The notes under the pieces were generated by a model. That model saw nothing but the letters and a program-made list of their open reading frames with translations. It was not told where the DNA came from and searched no databases. A stretch of DNA of 24,000 nucleotides from Pseudomonadota bacterium (GTDB lineage: Bacteria > Pseudomonadota > Alphaproteobacteria > Rhizobiales > Xanthobacteraceae), in assembly GCA_023388935.1 (NCBI GenBank), contig JAEWFG010000235.1, positions 16,353-40,352 on the forward strand, in the 5' to 3' direction. The translations under genes and the position numbers were made by a program. Each line of letters begins with the position of its first letter. Positions within the stretch are counted from its first letter, which is position 1. Positions 10,082 to 16,136 of the stretch are shown here, in pieces.

Positions 10082-11188
10082 TCAATTCTTCAGATTGATC
10101 ATCCGTTCGACCGAGCGCCGTGCGCGCGTTGCAAGCGCGGGATCAATCGTGACCTCCTCGCGAAGCATCAGCAGGCTGTCCAAAATCTTGGCGAGCGTGA
10201 TGCGCTTCATGTGCGGGCAGAGATTGCAAGGACGCAGCATCTCCACATCCGGCAGCTCGGCGCGCACGTTGTCGGCCATTGAGCATTCCGTGATCATGAT
10301 GAGTCGCCGCGGCCGCTTCTCGCGCACCCAGTTGATCATGTGCGCGGTCGAGCCGGTGAAATCGGCTTCCGCCAGCACGTCAGGTGGACACTCCGGATGC
10401 GCAATGATCCGTACCGAGGGATCGGCCTCGCGACAGCCGCGCAGTTCTTCGCCGGTGAAGCGCTCGTGCACCTCGCAGGCACCCTCCCAGGCGATGATCT
10501 TCACATCGGTTTTCGACGCCACATAGGTCGCAAGATAGCGGTCGGGCAGGAAGATCACGCTTGGCGCATCCAGGCTCTCGACCACTTGCACCGCGTTGGA
10601 CGAGGTGCAGCAGATGTCGACCTCGGCCTTCACCTCCGCGGAGGTGTTGACGTAGGCGACGACGGGCACGCCGGGAAATTTTTCTCGGAGCAGCCGCACG
10701 TCGGCGCCCGTGATGCTGGCGGCAAGCGAACAGCCGGCGCGTGCGTCGGGGATCAGCACCGTCTTGTCCGGGTTGAGCAGTTTTGACGTTTCCGCCATGA
10801 AGTGGACGCCGCACTGGACAATGATGTCGGCCTTCACCTTGGTGGCTTCGACCGCGAGCTGGAGCGAGTCGCCGCCGATGTCGGCGACGCAGTGGAAGAT
10901 CTCCGGGGCCTGGTAGTTGTGTGCGAGGATCACCGCGCCCCGCGCCTGCTTCAGCTCGTTGATCGCCTTGATGGTGGGCGCCATCAGCGGCCACTCGATC
11001 GGCGGGATCACGTGCTTCACACGGTCATAAAGAGGCGCGGTCGCGCGTTCGACCTCCGGCGTCCATTCCAGCGCGGGCATCGGCAGCGCGGGTCCCCTTC
11101 GCGCCGGCGCGGCGCGGGGGAAGGTGGTGACCTGGCCCTGCGGCCGGTTGGCAAAGTCGTCGGGGCCGTAAATTCCAGTGATCGGCAT
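10082..11188 (-). CDS. nadA: Quinolinate synthase
   Basis: NadA motifs are present: [58 protein letters not shown]. The preferred start is ATG 11188 (MPITG...) with GGGAGG 6 nt upstream. The ORF-track start at 11275 would run through the operator/promoter region. Confidence 0.92.
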   Translation of the reverse strand: MPITGIYGPDDFANRPQGQVTTFPRAAPARRGPALPMPALEWTPEVERATAPLYDRVKHVIPPIEWPLMAPTIKAINELKQARGAVILAHNYQAPEIFHCVADIGGDSLQLAVEATKVKADIIVQCGVHFMAETSKLLNPDKTVLIPDARAGCSLAASITGADVRLLREKFPGVPVVAYVNTSAEVKAEVDICCTSSNAVQVVESLDAPSVIFLPDRYLATYVASKTDVKIIAWEGACEVHERFTGEELRGCREADPSVRIIAHPECPPDVLAEADFTGSTAHMINWVREKRPRRLIMITECSMADNVRAELPDVEMLRPCNLCPHMKRITLAKILDSLLMLREEVTIDPALATRARRSVERMINLKN

Positions 11189-11211
11189 TGGAGCCTCCCG
11201 TGCATGATAAT

Positions 11212-11230
11212 TATACTCAATCTGAGCATA
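11212..11230. promoter_or_regulatory. Operator-like 19-bp palindrome 1 upstream of nadA (TATACTCA-N3-TGAGCATA), overlapping a minus-strand TATAAT
   Basis: TATACTCAATCTGAGCATA has half-sites TATRCTCA in inverted orientation. A perfect minus-strand TATAAT at 11210-11215 overlaps its edge. It sits 24 nt upstream of the nadA ATG. Confidence 0.6.
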
Positions 11231-11287
11231 TAAGGAGCCTGAGAAATCCGGCCGAAAGGCCGGTGCGAATTTCATCGCGGCTTTATA

Positions 11288-11306
11288 TATGCTCAGTATG
11301 AGTAAA
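11288..11306. promoter_or_regulatory. Operator-like 19-bp palindrome 2 upstream of nadA (TATGCTCA-N3-TGAGTAAA)
   Basis: TATGCTCAGTATGAGTAAA has the same half-site and the same 3-bp spacer as site 1. The centres are 76 bp apart. Confidence 0.55.
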
Positions 11307-11520
11307 TCTAAGATAACATGCCAGGAAGGGCGCTGCTAGGTCCGGTCGCACACATTCTCGTCAAGTCGCGCATGAGGCGAGGCTGCGTTGAAACGCAATG
11401 CTCCCGCGGAAGCTCTTCGTGAAACGCAACCATTTTTAGGTTGGGGTTTTCATGCATCTGCATTAAATGCGTGACCCGCGGCCGCCTATTCCGGATCCGC
11501 CAACGACAGATGAGGAAGTG

Positions 11521-12774
11521 ATGTCGACACAAGTGGGCGAGCTCGGTCCGGTCTCACGTTCCTCGAATTGGCGTACGCCAGCCGTCATCATTCTCTGCGG
11601 TTGTGCGATCGGCATGCTGGGCTTCGGCCCGCGATCGGCGCTCGGCTTCTTCGTGCAGCCGATGAGCCATGAGTTCGCCTGGGGCCGCGACGTGTTCGGT
11701 CTCGCGATCGCCGTGCAGAATCTGTTGTGGGGATTGGGCCAGCCGCTCGCCGGCGCGGTCGCTGACCGCTTCGGCCTGTTCCGCGTGATGTGCGTCGGCG
11801 CGGTGCTCTATGCCGGCGGCCTGCTGTTGATGCGCTACTCCTCGACACCGCTGTCGCTCAACATCGGCGCCGGCGTCATGGTCGGTTTTGGTCTGGCTGG
11901 CTGCTCGTTCAATCTGGTGTTGTCGGCATTCACCAAGCTGCTGCCGGCCGAGAAGCGCGGCCTTGCGCTCGGCGCCGGCACCGCGGCGGGCTCGTTCGGC
12001 CAGTTCCTGTTCGCGCCGATCGGCGTCGCGCTGATCGACAATTTCGGCTGGCAGCAGGCGCTCTCCGTGTTCGGTTTCCTGATGCTGCTGATCATCCCGC
12101 TGTCGCTGGCGCTGTCCACGCCACCGGTCGCAGGCCCGGCAAATGCGGCGCCTGCGGATGAGCAGACCTTCACCAGGGCGCTCGCGGAAGCCTTCGGCCA
12201 TCGCTCCTACGTGCTGCTGGTGCTCGGCTTCTTCACCTGCGGCTTCCAGCTCGCCTTCATCACCGTGCATTTGCCGGCCTTCCTGGTCGATCGCGGCATC
12301 TCGACGCAAACCGGCGGCTGGGTCATCGCGGCGATCGGCCTTTTCAACATCGTGGGATCGCTGAGCGTCGGCTATCTCCAGAACTCGCTGCCCAAGCGCT
12401 ACATCCTCTCCACGATCTATCTCATCCGCGCGCTCGCCACGCTCGCCTTCATCTCGTTCCCGATCACGCCGTTCTCCGCGATCGCGTTCGGTGCGATCTC
12501 GGGGCTGACCTGGCTGTCGACGGTGCCGCCGACCTCGGCGCTGGTGGCGCTGATGTTCGGCACGCGCTGGCTTGCCACCCTGTATGGCTTCGCCTTCGTC
12601 AGCCATCAGGTCGGCGGCTTCCTCGGCGTCTGGCTCGGCGGCATCGTGTTCGAGCGATTCGGTTCCTATACGCCGATCTGGTGGCTCTCGATCCTGTTCG
12701 GCGTGCTCTCGGCGCTGATCAATCTTCCGATCGTCGAGAAACCGGTCCAGCGAGCGGTTGCACAGCCTGCCTGA
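11521..12774 (+). CDS. MFS transporter of unknown substrate (possibly oxalate/formate-antiporter-like)
   Basis: About 12 predicted hydrophobic helices, with an MFS loop motif region (GAVADRFG) and a central hydrophilic loop. The preferred start is ATG 11521, with GAGGAAG 5 nt upstream. It is divergent from nadA. Confidence 0.85.
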   Translation: MSTQVGELGPVSRSSNWRTPAVIILCGCAIGMLGFGPRSALGFFVQPMSHEFAWGRDVFGLAIAVQNLLWGLGQPLAGAVADRFGLFRVMCVGAVLYAGGLLLMRYSSTPLSLNIGAGVMVGFGLAGCSFNLVLSAFTKLLPAEKRGLALGAGTAAGSFGQFLFAPIGVALIDNFGWQQALSVFGFLMLLIIPLSLALSTPPVAGPANAAPADEQTFTRALAEAFGHRSYVLLVLGFFTCGFQLAFITVHLPAFLVDRGISTQTGGWVIAAIGLFNIVGSLSVGYLQNSLPKRYILSTIYLIRALATLAFISFPITPFSAIAFGAISGLTWLSTVPPTSALVALMFGTRWLATLYGFAFVSHQVGGFLGVWLGGIVFERFGSYTPIWWLSILFGVLSALINLPIVEKPVQRAVAQPA

Positions 12775-12814
12775 TCGGCTAAACATCCCCTGAAACAAGT
12801 CAGGGAGTTCAGCC

Positions 12815-13801
12815 GTGGCCACATTCAAGGCGATCCGGATCGACAAGGCGGACAAGGGCACCACCGCCGCGCTCACGCAGTTCGACGAAGCCGAGCTGAT
12901 GGACGGCGACGTCACCGTCCGCGTGGAATGGTCGACGTTGAACTACAAGGACGGCCTCGCGCTCACCGGCAGGGCGCCCGTGGTGCGCCGTTTCCCGATG
13001 ATCGCCGGGATCGATTTCGCCGGCACGGTCGAGCAGTCCTCGCATCCGCAATGGAAGGTGGGGGACAAGGTCGTCTGCACCGGCTGGGGCATGGGCGAGA
13101 CCCATCTCGGCGCCTATGCCGAGAAGGCGCGGGTGAAGGGCGACTGGCTGGTCGCCTTGCCGCAGGGCCTGTCGGCCCGCGACGCCATGGCAATCGGTAC
13201 CGCCGGCTTCACCGCGATGCTTTCGGTGCTGGCGCTGGAGAAGCACGGTCTGTCCCCGAAGAGCGGCCCCGTGGTGGTGACGGGCGCCGCCGGCGGCGTC
13301 GGCTCCGTTGCCACCGCCGTGCTGTCGAAGCTCGGCTACCACGTCATTGCGTCCACCGGCCGCGCCTCGGAAGCGGACTATCTGAAAGAGATCGGTGCGG
13401 CCGAAGTCATCGACCGTAATGAATTGTCGGCGGCGGCCAAGCCCCTTGCCAAGGAGCGCTGGGCGGGGGGCGTCGACAGCGTCGGCTCGACCACGCTCGC
13501 GAATCTCTTGTCCATGACAAAGTACGGGGGCGCGATCGCGGCGTGCGGCCTGGCGGGCGGCATGGACCTGCCGTCGTCTGTCGCCCCTTTCATTTTGCGC
13601 GGAGTGTGCCTTCTCGGCATCGATTCCGTGATGTGCCCGATTGAGCCGCGGAAAGCCGCCTGGCAGCGCCTGGCGTCCGATCTGGATCGGACAAAACTGT
13701 CTGAAATCACTAAGGAAATTCAGATCGACGAAGTTCCTGAGTGGGGCGCGAAAATCCTTGCCGGCCAGGTCCGCGGCCGCATCGTGGTTAAAATTGTCTG
13801 A
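12815..13801 (+). CDS. YhdH/YhfP-family NADPH:quinone oxidoreductase (AcuI-type acrylyl-CoA reductase-like), MDR superfamily
   Basis: GTG start at 12815 with CAGGGAG upstream. The N-terminus ([10 protein letters not shown]...[20 protein letters not shown]) and the nucleotide-binding [12 protein letters not shown] are characteristic of the YhdH subfamily. Confidence 0.88.
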   Translation: MATFKAIRIDKADKGTTAALTQFDEAELMDGDVTVRVEWSTLNYKDGLALTGRAPVVRRFPMIAGIDFAGTVEQSSHPQWKVGDKVVCTGWGMGETHLGAYAEKARVKGDWLVALPQGLSARDAMAIGTAGFTAMLSVLALEKHGLSPKSGPVVVTGAAGGVGSVATAVLSKLGYHVIASTGRASEADYLKEIGAAEVIDRNELSAAAKPLAKERWAGGVDSVGSTTLANLLSMTKYGGAIAACGLAGGMDLPSSVAPFILRGVCLLGIDSVMCPIEPRKAAWQRLASDLDRTKLSEITKEIQIDEVPEWGAKILAGQVRGRIVVKIV

Positions 13802-13882
13802 CGGCGTTTAGACTTTACCAACCAAGCTGCGCCAATGTTGCCTCAGTTGCCAAAACTAGGGTAGCGAGTTCCCTGTTTACCC

Positions 13883-13919
13883 GCTTGCAGGTTCCTGCAC
13901 GCCTGTGAAATTAATTTCA
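13883..13919. repeat. Two adjacent palindromes: GCTTGCAGG-TT-CCTGCACGC and the perfect 14-bp TGAAATTAATTTCA
   Basis: At 13883-13902, TGCAGG/CCTGCA arms flank a central TT, with partial outer extension. At 13906-13919, TGAAATTAATTTCA equals its own reverse complement. Both lie in non-coding DNA at the core/island boundary. Confidence 0.6.
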
Positions 13920-14195
13920 GGGACTTCGTAACTAGCGGGCCAGCCCCCATATTGCGCAGAACCGAGGCTTTTTGCGGCTGAACCTAACCAAAGTGTCACT
14001 GTTTTGAGCTATTTCAGCCTTGCGGAAACAAAACTGCTATGCGAGGGTTGCCTTACGGGAGATAAGTTTTGAGGTGAGAACGGCCTCCTCACGCGCCTGA
14101 TGATCGAACGTTCGTCAGGCAAAGTAGTCGGGTAAAACCGGCGAAGAGATCTGGGTGTGGGCATCCCAGCAAATCGAATTTCCCGAAACTATACT

Positions 14196-14227
14196 AAAGG
14201 GGCTCCGATCTAGGTCGGGGCCCTTTT
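14196..14227 (-). terminator. Hairpin terminator downstream of the 133-aa gene (bidirectional-looking)
   Basis: AAAGGGGCTCCGA-tctagg-TCGGGGCCCTTTT forms a 9-bp stem with one bulge and one G-U pair, flanked by A3 and T4. It starts 6 nt after the TAA at 14233-14235. Confidence 0.55.
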
Positions 14228-14232
14228 CAGTT

Positions 14233-14634
14233 TTACACTGCTACGACCCGCAAGAAGCCCTTTTGGCGGCGCGTTTGAGCCTTCTTTTCTGACACCATAT
14301 AGAAGCTCGAAATGTGATACTTGCCTTGGCCGTCAGGGATCAATTCTACTGCGACCAATATAAGCGACGCTATCGCTCCAACGTATCCCCAAATTTCGAT
14401 GCCGCTATTCGTGTGGTCATCCCCGATATAACGGGGATTGGAAATCACGCCGGCTAAGTGGGGGAGACACTTCGGGTAGTCATCCGGATGGCGCCTGTAT
14501 GCATGCCGCTGCGCGCCTCGCGTCAATATCACTTCGCCCGGCTCAAGCTCCGTCCCTAGGGTCTTATTGACCGTAGCTACCGGCAAGTGCCCGATGATCA
14601 AATCCGGGTTTTTGGGGGGGCGATGTTTTGACAT
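14233..14634 (-). CDS. Putative BECR-fold (PBECR-like) nuclease/toxin, 133 aa
   Basis: The ORF uses foreign codon usage. Its layout is VILTRGAQRHAYRRHPDDY, then LPHLAGVISNPRYIGDD, then LILVAVELIPDGQGKYHISSFYMVSEKKAQTRRQKGFL. This matches the pattern I associate with phage Barnase-EndoU-ColicinE5/D-RelE-like nuclease domains. The assignment is by eye only. Confidence 0.6.
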   Translation of the reverse strand: MSKHRPPKNPDLIIGHLPVATVNKTLGTELEPGEVILTRGAQRHAYRRHPDDYPKCLPHLAGVISNPRYIGDDHTNSGIEIWGYVGAIASLILVAVELIPDGQGKYHISSFYMVSEKKAQTRRQKGFLRVVAV

Positions 14635-14665
14635 GATAAATAGGCCGCCTCAGGTGGCGGCCTCT

Positions 14666-15253
14666 TCAATCCATGACACTGCTGGAAGCAGCCGGTGGCG
14701 CGGCTGCCTCTTCATTGCCGCCTTCGTCGGCGGCAGCGCTGTCGGCAGCAGATGAAGCTAGTTGATCCTTTTCCCCATTTTTCCGAGGCTTCCCGGCCTT
14801 TCGGAGGCCCGGATACCATTCGAGAAGGCCGAACAAGTCGGTGCTCGGTATCCTGACGAACGTGACTGTGTTCTTTCCGAGCGATATACGAATGCTTTGC
14901 TTCTGGCTTTCGGGGTTGGTGGTACCGAAGTCGTAAGCGCCCTGGATCAGGGCCTCTTGAATGTCCTCAACCGAAGCGGGCGATGGAGAGCCGCCGCTAG
15001 CTTCGGCGCGAGCCTCCATGATCGTGCGAACCGCCGTCGCAAATGGCTTGCCCAGAAAATCGCCCGGTTGGAACTGCTTCGCGGTACGACGCGCGCTCGC
15101 GTTAACGTCGCCTCCGCTCTCGACGTCGCCAAAGCGCGGTTCGACGCCCGACATTTCGTCATAGCCGTTGACCCAACGCTTTAGGCGCGCGGCCTCACTG
15201 ATGTGAAACGCGATCTTCTCAAGTGCCTTTGCTACAACGGGGTCATCAGCCAA
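14666..15253 (-). CDS. Protein with HARE-HTH-like winged-helix domain and acidic/Ala-rich tail, 195 aa
   Basis: TTG start at 15253 with GGAGGA 7 nt upstream. The segment FLGKPFATAVRTIMEARAE...SVEDIQEALIQ...ISLGKNTVTFVRIPSTDLFGLLEWYPG follows the HARE-HTH pattern. Compare the RpoE-delta N-terminal domain, which ends ...RF...WGLRSWYP. Confidence 0.6.
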   Translation of the reverse strand: MADDPVVAKALEKIAFHISEAARLKRWVNGYDEMSGVEPRFGDVESGGDVNASARRTAKQFQPGDFLGKPFATAVRTIMEARAEASGGSPSPASVEDIQEALIQGAYDFGTTNPESQKQSIRISLGKNTVTFVRIPSTDLFGLLEWYPGLRKAGKPRKNGEKDQLASSAADSAAADEGGNEEAAAPPAASSSVMD

Positions 15254-15255
15254 TT

Positions 15256-15279
15256 CTGCATCCTCCGATTGAGGTGCAG
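15256..15279 (-). promoter_or_regulatory. SD-sequestering hairpin immediately upstream of the TTG start of the 195-aa gene
   Basis: The minus-strand RNA is CUGCACCUC-AAUCG-GAGG(A)UGCAG, a 9-bp stem with one bulge. The GGAGGA Shine-Dalgarno lies almost entirely in the 3' arm, and the TTG start is 2 nt after the stem. Confidence 0.45.
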
Positions 15280-15700
15280 ATCATTTAGTGCAAAATGGCG
15301 GAACTCGCAAGTGTTCCTGTTAACTCCCCTGTGTTTACTCAAAGATTTTTATGATCTAATTGATATTGCTATATTTTTACTTTGGGAAAATTCCTTGGAG
15401 TTATATATTGTTTTGCGCGGAGACTGCGAGGACTTCGCCCGGCTAACCTTCGCCGTCCCGGCGCGACCCCTTGTCTGCCCGTTCGGCCAAGTTCTGCGGC
15501 GCCCTGATTGTTTCAGCGCATGCTTGTTCTCCAAAGAAAGCGCGGGCGCATGGGTCGGCGTTTACGGCTCCGGCAAATGGAATGGGCGGCCCGAGGGAAG
15601 GTGTCAGGGGGATAAGGCCCCCCGGTGCGCCCGATCATTGCCGGCGATCTAGCGGGGCGGGGGAGTACGGCTCCTAAACGACATCCATCAGCGGCCGGTT

Positions 15701-15973
15701 TTAAGAATTGTTCATGAGGGAAGCCCCAACCAACAGGGCAAAAAACGTAACCCAAGAAGCCACATTCGCCGAAACCGCTTGCCGACGAGATACCGCATAT
15801 AAAGATGCAGGAAGCCATAGAAGAGCAGTTACCAGCAGCGGCCTCAAACGACCGCGAACGGTATATTCCCTAACGTAGCCCGGCTGCTCGATGATTGGCT
15901 GACGCAAGTCCCGCCAAACGTAATGAAGGCCCGTCAGCACGTAGGCCAATCCGATCATCACTATAGTCATCAT
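15701..15973 (-). CDS. Small integral membrane protein (3 predicted TM helices), 90 aa
   Basis: MMTIVMIGLAYVLTGLHYV / LRPLLVTALLWLPASLYAV / VASWVTFFALLVGASLM. GC3 is low. Its ATG directly follows the TGA of an upstream start-less open frame (GGA TGA ATG ATG). Confidence 0.55.
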   Translation of the reverse strand: MMTIVMIGLAYVLTGLHYVWRDLRQPIIEQPGYVREYTVRGRLRPLLVTALLWLPASLYAVSRRQAVSANVASWVTFFALLVGASLMNNS

Positions 15974-16136
15974 TCATCCTGCCCCCGAGGCTGCCTTAGT
16001 TGGCCACCCCTCTCTCTGATTGGATCGTCCTTGCAGATCATCGAAGATACACGCCACCGTGTCGAGCGACAGCTTGCGCTGGAGATGCGCGCCAGACAGT
16101 GTTGCTCGAAGGCGACAGGGGACGTTAAGTCGGTAT

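Larger units (their letters stand above)
13802..16136. other. Lower-G+C accessory islet between the last core gene and the serine recombinase gene
   Basis: There is an abrupt loss of GC3 bias right after the oxidoreductase stop, with AT-rich tracts at 13905-13920 and 15330-15420. The three genes use many A/T-ending codons that are rare in the flanking core genes. Confidence 0.7.

Noticed and set aside
11189-11275. N-terminal extension of nadA ([29 protein letters not shown])
   Set aside because: It would translate through the palindromic operator, the TATAAT and the hairpin, and has no SD. The internal ATG 11188 has a GGGAGG SD and gives a normal NadA length.
11554-12915. 453-aa minus-strand ORF antisense to the MFS transporter
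   Set aside because: Extremely Arg/Glu/Asp-rich low-complexity translation. It is the antisense shadow of a membrane-protein gene.
14165-14195. Possible tRNA 3' fragment (aaATCGAATttccc resembles a T-loop) as an integration target
   Set aside because: No acceptor or anticodon arms can be built, there is no CCA-proximal stem, and the similarity is limited to a few bases.
15203-15652. 149-aa plus-strand ORF, plus the minus-strand ORFs at 15349-15534 and 15513-15818, in the AT-rich gap
   Set aside because: Cys/Leu/Arg-rich or highly basic, implausible translations with no SD. They overlap regulatory-looking DNA or the membrane-protein gene.
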